A stretch of DNA of 60,775 bases, from IMG/VR virus record IMGVR_UViG_3300009702_000028, positions 1-60,775 of that record. One strand, 5' to 3'. This document shows, piece by piece, positions 1 to 9,588 of this stretch; the first letter of the stretch is position 1, and each line of letters opens with the position of its first letter. Position numbers and translations under genes: made by a program. The DNA is from a virus (taxonomy: Duplodnaviria; Caudoviricetes). The notes under the pieces are model-generated. The model was not told where the DNA came from, searched no databases, and was given only the letters and a program-made list of their open reading frames with translations.

Positions 1-300
1 AGGGACATCGCGCAAAAGCAGTTGGTAGCGACATACGAAATCGAGTACAGCGGCGCTGCTGGGGACAACATCGTGTCCGGTAATAAGCACCGGGTTCGAA
101 TCGGTAAGGAAGTCCAGACCACCGAAGTCACCGACATGATGAAATGCCGGACGCTTCTCGACAAGGTAGCTAAGGGGCTGTTCTTGAAATCAGTGAAGGT
201 GTCGATCACCGCGCTGCGAGAGCACCTGACCAAGGCCGAGATCGAAACCATCACTTCAACGTTTGGCACAGGGCGTAGGAACTGCAAAATTGTTAAGTGA
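1..300 (+). CDS. hypothetical protein, 5'-truncated
   Basis: Frame 1 is open from base 1 (RDIAQKQLVATYEIEY...) to the stop ending at 300. Confidence 0.6.
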   Translation, partial: RDIAQKQLVATYEIEYSGAAGDNIVSGNKHRVRIGKEVQTTEVTDMMKCRTLLDKVAKGLFLKSVKVSITALREHLTKAEIETITSTFGTGRRNCKIVK

Positions 301-587
301 GGTACACGGAGGAAGATATCTTGGGCATACGTCAGTCACAGGGGCTGACGTTTGTTCAGATGGATCGATTGCTGAAATGCACACCCGCAGCGGCTAGGTC
401 CATCTATCACGATATCGCCGACCGGTATGACGCTCAGGGTTTGGCGGAAGACTACCCCAAGGCAGTAGGGACAGTGCTTCGTCAGTATCGGGCGGATCTG
501 AAAAAGATCCGACAAACCAATCAACAGCTAAGAGTCGAGATTCAGCGGCTAAGGAGACAACTCAATGCCTACCGACGAGAAGAGTAG
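297..587 (+). CDS. hypothetical protein, possible HTH plus coiled coil
   Basis: Overlaps the upstream stop; GLTFVQMDRLLKCTPAAARSIY is HTH-like; heptad-like C-terminus. Confidence 0.55.
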   Translation: MRYTEEDILGIRQSQGLTFVQMDRLLKCTPAAARSIYHDIADRYDAQGLAEDYPKAVGTVLRQYRADLKKIRQTNQQLRVEIQRLRRQLNAYRREE

Positions 588-855
588 TCACTATGCGTTG
601 AACGTGCTTGGAGTGGCTTGTGAGGTGAAGGACGTATTGTTTGCAGCGTTGTCCCCGGATGAATATCGGGGATGGCTCAAGGGCAATATCCTGACAGGGG
701 TGATGCGACACGGTAAGAAGGACAAGAAGATCCGTGAATCCGAGAAGCATTGTGTATATAGCCAATGGCTAAGGGAGTTTGAAGAGATTGAAAGCTCCAG
801 GAATCCAACAACTGTTAAACGCGCTCGGCGCGGTAGGCCACCACTCAGGAAGTGA
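565..855 (+). CDS. DUF3310-like phage protein
   Basis: SHY...EVKDVL.A.LSPDEYRGWLKGNIL resembles the DUF3310 pattern. Confidence 0.6.
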   Translation: MPTDEKSSHYALNVLGVACEVKDVLFAALSPDEYRGWLKGNILTGVMRHGKKDKKIRESEKHCVYSQWLREFEEIESSRNPTTVKRARRGRPPLRK

Positions 856-1744
856 GTGGATACGGGGGCCATGTCCTCTTGCTCGTTGGACTCATGCTGG
901 AGGTCATGACATTAACCCGTCTTTCGGTGTTCGGATTTCCACGTCTGAGTCAATTGCTAAATGTTACTCATGTGAGTTCTTAGGTAATCTTGAAGATCTT
1001 GTTATTGAAGTTGCTCAATATAATCGTCGCCACAAGTACATTGAAGGCACACAGATTAAGTTAGCGAGGGAGATTGCTGAGTCTGATGGAGGATTATTCG
1101 ACTTCGTTGGGATCGATTATGACGTGCAGATAGCAAAGACGGTAAAGTTGCTTGAACCTATTCCAATGGACTGGTTTGAGTCGTTCCCCCGAGTGCATTT
1201 GTTTCCTTTAGCTGTGAAATATCTGAAGGGTCGAGGGGTAATGAAGTCACAGATGATTGACTTCAACATTCGTTGGGATCCAAACAAAGAGAGGGTGTGT
1301 TTTCCTGTATTCAATGCTAAGGGGGAACTCAAGGCGTTGCAGGGTAGGACGATATACCCGGACGTTGAGCCTCGGTTCTATATGTACCCTCACAAGAATA
1401 GAGATACTGACGTTTGGTTCAATGAGAACGAGATGGATTTGGATCGGTCTTTAGTCGTGACGGAAGGTGCATTTGATGCATTGAGCATTGCTAGGTGTTA
1501 TTCGAATGTTGTGGCTGGACTAATGGCGTCTGTGAGTCATGTGAAGATGAGGAAGCTTTGGGACGCTACGCATATCGTGACGTGGTATGACTCAGGGAAG
1601 GGTGGAAACGAAGCCCGTGAAAAGATGACCAACATGGGGGTCTATAAAGGGATCCCAGTTACGCATATCGTCCCTGATACAGATGCAGGGGATCAGTCTG
1701 AGGATGAAGTGCAAAGTGCGCTTGACAAAACTATATTATTGTAA
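779..1744 (+). CDS. DNA primase (Zn finger + TOPRIM)
   Basis: CPL...H...D.NPSF...CYSC zinc-binding domain; YLKGRG; FPVFN..GE...LQGR; VTEGAFDALS; YDSGKGG; D.GD. Confidence 0.9.
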   Translation: MKRLKAPGIQQLLNALGAVGHHSGSEWIRGPCPLARWTHAGGHDINPSFGVRISTSESIAKCYSCEFLGNLEDLVIEVAQYNRRHKYIEGTQIKLAREIAESDGGLFDFVGIDYDVQIAKTVKLLEPIPMDWFESFPRVHLFPLAVKYLKGRGVMKSQMIDFNIRWDPNKERVCFPVFNAKGELKALQGRTIYPDVEPRFYMYPHKNRDTDVWFNENEMDLDRSLVVTEGAFDALSIARCYSNVVAGLMASVSHVKMRKLWDATHIVTWYDSGKGGNEAREKMTNMGVYKGIPVTHIVPDTDAGDQSEDEVQSALDKTILL

Positions 1745-1750
1745 GAAGTT
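1722..1750 (+). promoter_or_regulatory. TTGACAAAACT promoter-like element upstream of SSB
   Basis: Perfect sigma70 -35 hexamer plus the conserved AAACT extension, near a gene boundary. Confidence 0.65.
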
Positions 1751-1798
1751 GAAGTTGCCCAAGGGGCCGTATCAAAACCAATAGACCAGGAGTATCAG

Positions 1799-2521
1799 AT
1801 GGCAATTACCGTGAAAGCTAAAGCATCCGTGTCTTCCACAAAGTTGAAATCCAAGACATCTTGGATGAAGAGGGGAAAGGAGGCTGCTGAGGTAGTAGCT
1901 CAAGAAGATGCGCGGGCCGCGCAACGTGGTTCAGGTGCATATTACTTTTACCTGAAGGCAGGTGAAGACCGAGAAGTCACGTTCCTAGATGGTGACCTTG
2001 TGCCCGAAGATGGGTCCTTGGATATTCCCATGTTTTGGGAGCATGGTATCAAGATTGCGGGTAAGTGGACCCGTATACCATGTTTGGAGCAGTTCGATGA
2101 ATCATGCCCTTTATGTGAGGGGGGTAATCACCCTTATTACATCGGGTTGCTCACCGTTATCGATCATACGTCCCACGAGGGGAAAGACGGTAAGATATAC
2201 AAGGACCAGCGCAAACTTTACGCTTGTAAACGCATCACTTACCGACAGCTTCAGAAGATTGCCGGTAAGAAAGAGGGTTTAGCCGGGTGTAGGTTTGAGA
2301 TTTCCCGCAGTAATGATCGTGTCGCAAGTGTTGGTGACATGTTCGACTTCGAGTCCAAAAACGATGTCAAAGCTGTGATGGAAAAGTACGAAGTTGAGCC
2401 CTTCGATTATGAAGAGTCCATCCAGAAGACGCCGGCAGAAACCCTTAGAAAGATGGGTTTTGGTATCGAGGCGGTGGGGTCAGAGAAGGGCGTAGAAGAA
2501 GCGGTGGAAGACGAATTATAG
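1799..2521 (+). CDS. single-stranded DNA-binding protein, T4 gp32-like
   Basis: FWEH...PCL...CPLC zinc motif, acidic C-terminal tail (EEAVEDEL), located between primase and helicase. Confidence 0.75.
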   Translation: MAITVKAKASVSSTKLKSKTSWMKRGKEAAEVVAQEDARAAQRGSGAYYFYLKAGEDREVTFLDGDLVPEDGSLDIPMFWEHGIKIAGKWTRIPCLEQFDESCPLCEGGNHPYYIGLLTVIDHTSHEGKDGKIYKDQRKLYACKRITYRQLQKIAGKKEGLAGCRFEISRSNDRVASVGDMFDFESKNDVKAVMEKYEVEPFDYEESIQKTPAETLRKMGFGIEAVGSEKGVEEAVEDEL

Positions 2522-2639
2522 TTTTCCCCGATAAGAGATAGGTCAAGGTCAGCTTAATGTCATGCGTGAAGGGTTAATATCCTCACGGCGTGTTTTCCAG
2601 TGCGTCGGCTGTTAACGGGGGGCTTTTCATGGAGGATTT

Positions 2640-3935
2640 ATGAAAGCGATTATGACTAAAGCTGGAACGTTGTTTCCGTACTCCGAAGGACTTAGGAAAA
2701 AGTACACGTACGCGCCTAAGTTTGATGATCAGGAGTTGATTCATAATTATTGGGTACCGGATGGGAAGAAGTTTATCTGGTTACCCCGTAATGTGAATCC
2801 TATTGCGGAGGATGACCAGCGGTCGTGGGGCCAGCAGGTTGAGTATCAAGACTTGTTCAAGCCCCGAAATAAAGAGCAGTTGGATGTCGTGGAGAAAGCC
2901 CATAACCTTTTGCTCAATGAAGAGTCGTTCATCATTCAAGCTCCAACAGGGTTTGGTAAGACGTACGTTGGGGCTACGCTCATAGCGAAGATGGGATTGA
3001 CGGCTCTCGTTGTGGTGACCAAGGAGGATATTAAGAATCAGTGGGTTCAGGCTCTCACGGACGTATTGGGGCTTGCTAAGAGTGACATCGCAATCATTCA
3101 AGGAGACAGGTTTAACATCTCTCACAAGCCTGTAGCCCTAGGTATGATTCAATCAATGAGCAAGTGGGATAGATATCCGAGTTGGGTCTATGCACATCAT
3201 GGCCTATTGATGGTTGATGAGGTTCACAGGATGGGAGCAGAGCACTTTGCGAACCTTGCCTGGCAGCATCGGGGGGCAGTACGCATAGGTCTGTCTGCAA
3301 CGCCTAAGAGAGTGGATGGAAGGGATATAGTATTCCGTCAGCACATTGGTCCTGTTCGCGTTGTAGCTGAGACGTTGCCTATGATTCCGAAGGTGTTGTA
3401 CATCAAGACTGGGTTCATGATTCCTGCGGTGGAGCATAGGCCAGGGCGTATCGGGCATATCGTGCGGATGATGGCTGGGAACAATGTAAGGAATGCGCGT
3501 ATTGCTTCTCTTGCTGCGTTGGTACGTAATAAGGGTCGTAACGTCGTAGTTTTTAGTGATCAACTCAAACATCTTGACAGAATATCAGCGATGCTCAAGA
3601 AAGAGTTTGATGTCCCTTCTGTTGACATAGGTAAGTACGTGGGGGGTATGACTGCTGCGGAGAGAGAGAAGGCTATATATCGTCCAATTGTTCTTGCTAC
3701 TTATGCAATGGCATCGGAAGCGACTGATGTTCCGTGGTGGGATACTTGTATCCTTGGTACTCCGAAAAGCAATGTACAACAGATTGTTGGGCGTATTCTC
3801 CGGCAGTACCCAGACAAGAAAGAGCCTGTTGTTTTTGATCTGGTAGATGGTGGCAGTAAGATCATTATGGGGTATCAACGCAAACGTGATAGGTGGTATA
3901 CGTCCATTGGAGCCAAGAGGCTAAAGATTGCTTGA
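2640..3935 (+). CDS. superfamily 2 (DExH) DNA helicase
   Basis: APTGFGKT Walker A, DEVH, GLSATP, QIVGRILR. Confidence 0.92.
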   Translation: MKAIMTKAGTLFPYSEGLRKKYTYAPKFDDQELIHNYWVPDGKKFIWLPRNVNPIAEDDQRSWGQQVEYQDLFKPRNKEQLDVVEKAHNLLLNEESFIIQAPTGFGKTYVGATLIAKMGLTALVVVTKEDIKNQWVQALTDVLGLAKSDIAIIQGDRFNISHKPVALGMIQSMSKWDRYPSWVYAHHGLLMVDEVHRMGAEHFANLAWQHRGAVRIGLSATPKRVDGRDIVFRQHIGPVRVVAETLPMIPKVLYIKTGFMIPAVEHRPGRIGHIVRMMAGNNVRNARIASLAALVRNKGRNVVVFSDQLKHLDRISAMLKKEFDVPSVDIGKYVGGMTAAEREKAIYRPIVLATYAMASEATDVPWWDTCILGTPKSNVQQIVGRILRQYPDKKEPVVFDLVDGGSKIIMGYQRKRDRWYTSIGAKRLKIA

Positions 3936-3960
3936 CAAAACTTATTAAATAAGTGAAGAT
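3932..3960 (+). promoter_or_regulatory. TTGACAAAACT promoter-like element
   Basis: Motif overlaps the helicase stop codon and precedes the 3996 ORF. Confidence 0.65.
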
Positions 3961-3995
3961 GTCTACCCATGGTGGTCTCCATGGAAATGATTTGA

Positions 3996-4187
3996 ATGGC
4001 TATAGATAAAGACAAAAAGAGGTTAACTTTTACTAGGTGGTATGCAAACCATCGAGAGGAGTATAACGAACAGCGTAGGCGTCGGTATCAAGACGATCAT
4101 GATTACCGTGAGAAGCAACGTAAGAATGCTCGTGAGTACAAGAGAAAGCAGAGAGCGAAACAAAATGGCGGTGACGATAAAAGGTAA
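3996..4187 (+). CDS. small basic hypothetical protein
   Basis: R/K-rich helical ORF downstream of a promoter motif. Confidence 0.6.
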   Translation: MAIDKDKKRLTFTRWYANHREEYNEQRRRRYQDDHDYREKQRKNAREYKRKQRAKQNGGDDKR

Positions 4188-4485
4188 GCCAGCGACTAAG
4201 GCTGAAAAAGTAACTGTTAAGGACAATCACAGTGGGGTCGAAAAGACCCTATATGAAATGTCTATTAATGGGTCCCCAGAAGTGGCTAATGCACCTATGG
4301 CCACTGTTGGATTTTCGGCAGGGCTCACTAAAAACCTGGGTAACTATTCGTCTGCTCGGGTTGATGTTTCTCTTACTATCCCATGCACCACTGGGACTAT
4401 TGACAATACGTTTCAAGAGGTAGTTGAGTGGGTTAATGCACGTATGGAAGAGATAATTGAAGACCAGTTGGGTAGTGAGGAATGA
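4165..4485 (+). CDS. hypothetical phage protein
   Basis: ATG 4165 (MAVTIKGK) preferred over 4042; TKNLGNYSSARVDV motif; coupled to recA. Confidence 0.65.
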   Translation: MAVTIKGKPATKAEKVTVKDNHSGVEKTLYEMSINGSPEVANAPMATVGFSAGLTKNLGNYSSARVDVSLTIPCTTGTIDNTFQEVVEWVNARMEEIIEDQLGSEE

Positions 4486-5519
4486 GTGGTCTTCGTGATG
4501 TAGTTGAAGTTCTTCAGAAGAGTTATGGAGACGATCTTGTAACGGTTGGTGTTAAACATGACATAGTTCCTCGTTTACCAACTGGAGTTTTTCCTTTCGA
4601 TTTGGCTACTGGTGGTGGGTTTCCTATGGGGAAGCTCAGCATTGTTTATGGGCCTGAGTCTAGTGGTAAGACCAATATGTGTCTTAAGACTATTGCTATG
4701 GCTCAACAACTCTACCCTGATCATGTCTGTGCGTTTATGGACATTGAGAACAGTTTTGATAAGAACTGGGCTGCTGCGCTTGGGGTTGATGTAGAGAAAT
4801 TGGTGTATGTCCGCCCTAATTGGGGGGAGCAAGCTGTAGACATGGCGCACAAGATCATGCAGGCAGGGGATCTGTCTCTTTTAGTGATCGATTCTTTGGC
4901 GTCTCTCATTCCCATCAAGACTGTTGAAGATCAGGCTGACAAAGCTATTGTTGGTGGTAATGCGCAACTCATTCAGAAGTTGATGTATCGTGTGTTGCAT
5001 GACATGTCCACGGCAATGAATGACGGTCGAACTCCAACCGTTATTGCTATTAATCAGGTTCGAATGAAGATTGGCGTGATATATGGGGACCCGGAGAAAA
5101 TGCCAGGGGGTAAGGCTATGGAGCATGCTTCTGGGCTGACTGTACGTATCTGGGGTAAAAACATCATACAAAAAGAAATCCACGATACTGTACCGGCTAA
5201 GAAGCTCACTAAAGTCATCATAAAAAAGCACAAGGTTCCGATTTGTAATCTTGCTGCTGAGTTTGAAATGTTCATGATTCCGCATGATGGTTTTGGGGTT
5301 GGGGAGATATCGGATTGGAATACTTTATCGGCGTACCTCAAGAGCTTGGGTTGGTTAGGTAAAGAGGGGCAGAAGTGGAAGTTGTTGGATACTGAGTTTT
5401 CTACCATTAAAGGGATACGTCAGTATTTGTTTGAACATCCCAATGTGGATCATAACTTGCGTCAGCGGGTAATCACGGAGGAACTAGAGAAGATCTATAA
5501 AGGGAAGATTGCTAAGTGA
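4482..5519 (+). CDS. recA: RecA recombinase
   Basis: YGPESSGKT, LLVIDSLASL, INQVRMKIGVIYGDPEKMPGGKA. Confidence 0.95.
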   Translation: MSGLRDVVEVLQKSYGDDLVTVGVKHDIVPRLPTGVFPFDLATGGGFPMGKLSIVYGPESSGKTNMCLKTIAMAQQLYPDHVCAFMDIENSFDKNWAAALGVDVEKLVYVRPNWGEQAVDMAHKIMQAGDLSLLVIDSLASLIPIKTVEDQADKAIVGGNAQLIQKLMYRVLHDMSTAMNDGRTPTVIAINQVRMKIGVIYGDPEKMPGGKAMEHASGLTVRIWGKNIIQKEIHDTVPAKKLTKVIIKKHKVPICNLAAEFEMFMIPHDGFGVGEISDWNTLSAYLKSLGWLGKEGQKWKLLDTEFSTIKGIRQYLFEHPNVDHNLRQRVITEELEKIYKGKIAK

Positions 5520-5848
5520 AGAGTCCAGGCCAGCTCGCTGAATTACGTACTGCTGCACGTATTGGGGCTCAACTTACTCCTGCGTCTGGGGCGCTTGCAG
5601 GGGCGAAGGGTGATATGCATATTGATCGTCTCAAGGTTGAGAACAAGTCAACCGTTGGTAAGGCGATTAATATCAAGGCTGAGTGGTTGGTTAAGATTGA
5701 AGGAGAGGCTAGAGAGGTTGGAATGGTTCCAGCCTTGGCGTTTCAGTTTACTCATGCAGACGGGCGACCACGTATGACGCCTTATGTTTGTATTCCTGAG
5801 TGGCTGTTCGTGGAGTTAGTAGATGTCTACAGAAAAACCCAAGACTAA
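5516..5848 (+). CDS. PD-(D/E)XK nuclease, Holliday-junction resolvase-like
   Basis: E...A...G...TPASGA....KGD......VENKST pattern. Confidence 0.65.
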   Translation: MKSPGQLAELRTAARIGAQLTPASGALAGAKGDMHIDRLKVENKSTVGKAINIKAEWLVKIEGEAREVGMVPALAFQFTHADGRPRMTPYVCIPEWLFVELVDVYRKTQD

Positions 5849-6752
5849 ACTGACTTGGATGAAGAAGGCTAAGGATGCAGTAGGTGTTGTGTCTTTGGTT
5901 TCTGAACTCCATGATAGATTGGGTATGTTCGAAGAAGCTAGGTCTCATGAGTATGTTCATATTTCCGATATGACCAATGATGAACAGGAGTTCTGTCCCC
6001 GTGAGTTCTGTCTTGCACAACACACAGATACCAAACGTAAGGGTAGATTTGTTAATCCGTCTTTACGTGTGACGTTTGATGTGGGTAATGCTATGCATGA
6101 CCTCGCTCGCGAGGTGTGGTTTAGAGACTTAGCGGTGGGTGATTGGGAATGCCCAAGATGTGGATACATTTATAAATTTTCACGTTATCCCAAGGCGTTG
6201 TGTAAAGGGTGTGGGGGTTTTGTTGATCGATATTCCTATGAAGAGATTCAGTTGAAAGATCCTTTCACTGGGGTGAGTGGTTCCTTGGATTTATTGATTC
6301 AATTTCAGACTGTGAAGAAGTTGGTTTTGGTTGAAGTCAAATCAATAGACAAGGATTATTTCAAGGCGTTGAAGGGGCCGAAGGCTGAGCATAGAGCACG
6401 GGTAGTGAGCTATTTGCAACTGGTTGCACGCGCAGAAGATGAGCGGGCTGATCAAATTAATCAGGACTACGGGTATGTCCTGTATGTCAGTAAAAGCTAT
6501 GGGTTTAAGGATGAGACGTTAGCGAAACAGGGGTTGCGGGACCGTACTACACCGTTCAGAGAATATAGGGTTGAGGCAGATGATTCAGAGCATTATCAAA
6601 AGCTCTGGTCGAGAGCCGCTAAGGTCAAGCAATATAAGAAATCAGGGACCATACCATTAGGTATTTGCAAAGCTTTGACAGATGCTCGTGCGAATCAGTG
6701 TGGTTTGGTCCAAGCGTGCTTCTCGGAGAAATATGGTGGCCCTAAGAATTGA
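5823..6752 (+). CDS. PD-(D/E)XK exonuclease (Cas4/RecB-like)
   Basis: CPR...GNAMHD...GSLDLLI...LVEVKS, with Cys clusters. Confidence 0.75.
   Translation: MSTEKPKTKLTWMKKAKDAVGVVSLVSELHDRLGMFEEARSHEYVHISDMTNDEQEFCPREFCLAQHTDTKRKGRFVNPSLRVTFDVGNAMHDLAREVWFRDLAVGDWECPRCGYIYKFSRYPKALCKGCGGFVDRYSYEEIQLKDPFTGVSGSLDLLIQFQTVKKLVLVEVKSIDKDYFKALKGPKAEHRARVVSYLQLVARAEDERADQINQDYGYVLYVSKSYGFKDETLAKQGLRDRTTPFREYRVEADDSEHYQKLWSRAAKVKQYKKSGTIPLGICKALTDARANQCGLVQACFSEKYGGPKN
6415..6428. repeat. palindrome copy TGCAACTGGTTGCA (1 mismatch)
   Basis: Read directly; lies inside the exonuclease CDS. Confidence 0.8.
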
Positions 6753-7611
6753 TCAGAAAATAGTTAGTGTGGTTATTAAGAAAGAGGAAGAGACCCCGGA
6801 ACCTGAACCGGTGGTTGAGGAGTTTGTACCAATGAAGAGACCCCAGAGCGTAGAGGGTAGAACGTACAAGGTAGCTGCCCCTGAGGCGTATGAAGAAGCT
6901 ATTTACGTGACCATCAATGATATAGAAACCAAATATGGTGTTCGTCCTTTTGAGATGTTCATCATGTCAAGGGTGATGGAGTCGTATCAGTGGATCACGT
7001 TATGCACGAGACTCGTTTCTGCCATCTTCCGCCAGCAGTGCGAAGCGCAGAACTACAATCCGTTCATAGTCGCTGAGTTTTTGCAGACATTTGATCCAGG
7101 TAAGCAGTATTGGTCGCCTACCTATAAAGGTCAGCACATGAAATCGGTGGTGCAAGAAATCGGTTTTATTCTGCGTGAGCACTTTGAAGACTTGGAGTTG
7201 ATTGAGCGCCGTAAGCGGGTACAGAAACAAGAAGATCCACCAGTTGTTGAAGTTGTAGACGAGCCTATCGATGAGCAGGTCAGGAAGGTGGCGCATGATC
7301 CTGAGTCTCAGGTTCAGGGGGGGGTTGCATCAGAGGAAGATTTGACCGGCACTGAGGAGCTTGTTCAAGGTATGAATGCATCAAAGGCAACGGGTGATAA
7401 TGACCTAAGTCACTTAGATGAGCAGGAAGGCTACGTAGTCAGGGAGCCTCATCCTATAATGTTCGACATTGAGGGAGGGAGAGCCGCAATCGATGCAGGT
7501 ATGGATATTCTAGATAGTACCAAGGCATGTCCAGATTGTCAGGGGACCAAGTGGATGATGATGGGTGGTTGTCCAGTGTGTATTGACTGTGGGTATAGCC
7601 GTTGTGGTTAG
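6733..7611 (+). CDS. nrdJb: class II ribonucleotide reductase C-terminal subunit (NrdJb/TSCPD-like)
   Basis: GRTYKV...AIYVTIND...RPFEMFI.S...ESYQWI..TRLVSAIFR and C-terminal CPDC...GGCPVCIDCGYSRCG. Confidence 0.85.
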   Translation: MVALRIDQKIVSVVIKKEEETPEPEPVVEEFVPMKRPQSVEGRTYKVAAPEAYEEAIYVTINDIETKYGVRPFEMFIMSRVMESYQWITLCTRLVSAIFRQQCEAQNYNPFIVAEFLQTFDPGKQYWSPTYKGQHMKSVVQEIGFILREHFEDLELIERRKRVQKQEDPPVVEVVDEPIDEQVRKVAHDPESQVQGGVASEEDLTGTEELVQGMNASKATGDNDLSHLDEQEGYVVREPHPIMFDIEGGRAAIDAGMDILDSTKACPDCQGTKWMMMGGCPVCIDCGYSRCG

Positions 7612-7631
7612 GTGTAATTGCGGGGATAGAG

Positions 7632-7994
7632 ATGAACTTAAATGAGTATGCGGCCCTATGCCATCAAACGGCAGTGGACGGAGGTTGGTGGAACGACTTA
7701 CAGACCGGTGAATCTTTGGTGGGTGTGCGTAATCGTTCAGAAATGATGATGCTCATGGTCTCTGAGATTGCTGAAGCGATGGAAGGGTTGCGTAAAGACA
7801 AGATGGATGACCACCTTCCATATCGTAAAATGGAAGAGGTTGAGTTGGTGGATCTGCTCATCCGAGTATTCGATTACGCGGGTGCATATGGACTCGATCT
7901 AGAAGGAGCCTTTCGCGAGAAGCTGGTCTACAACATGCAGCGTGCAGATCATAAACCCGCTAATCGGCGTAAGAGTGGGGGAAAGGCATTCTGA
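7632..7994 (+). CDS. MazG-like nucleotide pyrophosphohydrolase
   Basis: LMVSEIAEAMEGLRK...EVELVDLLIRVFD. Confidence 0.85.
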   Translation: MNLNEYAALCHQTAVDGGWWNDLQTGESLVGVRNRSEMMMLMVSEIAEAMEGLRKDKMDDHLPYRKMEEVELVDLLIRVFDYAGAYGLDLEGAFREKLVYNMQRADHKPANRRKSGGKAF

Positions 7995-8536
7995 TGTATA
8001 CATCACTAGGGATCGATGTATCGACTAAGACTGGGATTGTGGTTGCGGTTCCGGGTAGTTCTAAGGTCCCTGAGGTTTTGCATAAGGATGAAGCCAATTA
8101 CCCCAAGAAGAAGGGGATGGAGCGCGCAGGATTAATTGCTTCTCGGGTGATGCATGCGGTGAACCAGTATGACCCGAACCAGATTTTCATAGAGGGCTAT
8201 TCTTTTGCTTCCAAGGGGTCTAGCCTAACTACCCTTGTAGAGATTGGGACTGTTATTAGGTACTTCCTTTGGCAGTATCAAAAAGGCTATATTGAGGTTG
8301 CCCCTACAAGTTTGAAGAAGTTTGTTACGGGCCGTGGGAACGTCAAGAAAGATATCATGGCGTTAGAGACGTACAAGCGTTGGGGGCTGGAGTTTGCAAC
8401 TGATAATATCACTGATGCGTTCGGTCTTGCAGCCTTCGGTCTGGCCATGGAGGGATACTTAGAAATGCCTAAGGTCAACATGTCCCCAGTGCAACTAGTT
8501 GCAAAAACACTTGACAAAACTATTACAAGCAATTAG
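7994..8536 (+). CDS. RuvC-like Holliday junction resolvase
   Basis: LGIDVS..TG; FIEGYS; VAPTSLKKFVTGRGNVKK; DNITDAFGLA. Confidence 0.85.
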   Translation: MYTSLGIDVSTKTGIVVAVPGSSKVPEVLHKDEANYPKKKGMERAGLIASRVMHAVNQYDPNQIFIEGYSFASKGSSLTTLVEIGTVIRYFLWQYQKGYIEVAPTSLKKFVTGRGNVKKDIMALETYKRWGLEFATDNITDAFGLAAFGLAMEGYLEMPKVNMSPVQLVAKTLDKTITSN

Positions 8537-8540
8537 GATT
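8490..8540 (+). promoter_or_regulatory. palindrome TGCAACTAGTTGCA (8490-8503) plus promoter TTGACAAAACT (8511) and TAGGAT (8534)
   Basis: Operator-like palindrome 7 bp upstream of the -35 box; 17-bp -35/-10 spacer. Confidence 0.75.
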
Positions 8541-8581
8541 AGATCGCTAGTAATGATCTGATCTGGATAGGAGATAAAGCA

Positions 8582-9550
8582 ATGAGTGCAGTTAGCCCTA
8601 CCATGCAAATGCTGGATGAAGCGACCCCCGAGGAGGTTATGGAAGCTACGTTGGATGCTGATAATCCTAATGAGGAGACCATGCAGGAGGCCCCACCCCC
8701 CATAGAGGAAGGCGCAAAAGAAGAGCCCTCACCTCCGAAGGCAACTAAGAAGAAAGTGGCCAAGAAGAAGTCTACAGGGGCCCCTAAAGGCCACAACACT
8801 GGGGATTTGATTTCTTTAACCTCGAATGAGGTTGAGAACTTGGACGCCCTCCATGCTCGAACTCTCGCGGTTGAGTTGAACGATCAGGAGGGTTTCACTG
8901 ACTTTAAGTTGGGGGGTGTTCTCACGGTTATCAATGAAAATCATTGGTATGCCGACTATGGGTACGAAACGTTCAAGGATTACGTCGAGAACGAGCATGG
9001 ACTCAAGTACCGTAAGGCCATGTATATGGTTGGTATCTATACCAATCTCGTGGAGGCCCAGGTCGAATGGGAGAACGTCAAGGACGTGGGTTGGTCAAAG
9101 CTCAAAGAAATCGCTCCGCTCCTGACCCAGGACAACGTGGACGAGTGGACTAAGCGTGCAAATGAGATGAGCAAGCTTCAGCTCATCCAGTACATTTCAG
9201 ACATGAAGAAAGGTGAGGCTAACGAGGAAGAAGCGTCCTCGATGACTACCTTGACGTTCAAGTTGCATGCCGATCAGAAGGAAGACATTAAGGAAGGTCT
9301 GGAACAGGCAAAGGCTCAGTGGGGTACTGAATATGATGCCGTTGCATTGCACCATCTGGTCATGGCCTACGTGTCTGGTGGTCTAGGCAAGCAGAAAGTC
9401 GATGTGAAGGAAGTGCTTAAACAGGCAGGACCAAAGAAGATTCTGGACCTTTTCGATAAGGTCTTCCCAGATATCGTGATTGATGTATCTATTGATACGG
9501 AGACTGCACAGAAATACGGTATTGAGTTGGATCTAGAAATAGAAGCATAA
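8582..9550 (+). CDS. putative DNA-binding protein (DUF3102-like helical domain, possible C-terminal RHH)
   Basis: Acidic/Lys-rich low-complexity N-terminus; FKLGGVL...YETFKDYVENEHGLKYRKAMYMV; TLTFKLHADQKE..KEGL...ALHHLVMAY. Confidence 0.5.
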   Translation: MSAVSPTMQMLDEATPEEVMEATLDADNPNEETMQEAPPPIEEGAKEEPSPPKATKKKVAKKKSTGAPKGHNTGDLISLTSNEVENLDALHARTLAVELNDQEGFTDFKLGGVLTVINENHWYADYGYETFKDYVENEHGLKYRKAMYMVGIYTNLVEAQVEWENVKDVGWSKLKEIAPLLTQDNVDEWTKRANEMSKLQLIQYISDMKKGEANEEEASSMTTLTFKLHADQKEDIKEGLEQAKAQWGTEYDAVALHHLVMAYVSGGLGKQKVDVKEVLKQAGPKKILDLFDKVFPDIVIDVSIDTETAQKYGIELDLEIEA

Positions 9551-9588
9551 CTACGGTTGTTCTTCGTTTGGACTGATTCAATACCTAC

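Noticed and set aside
5823-6752. Cas4-like nuclease as evidence of CRISPR-Cas
   Set aside because: No array or other cas genes; such nucleases are common in phage recombination modules.
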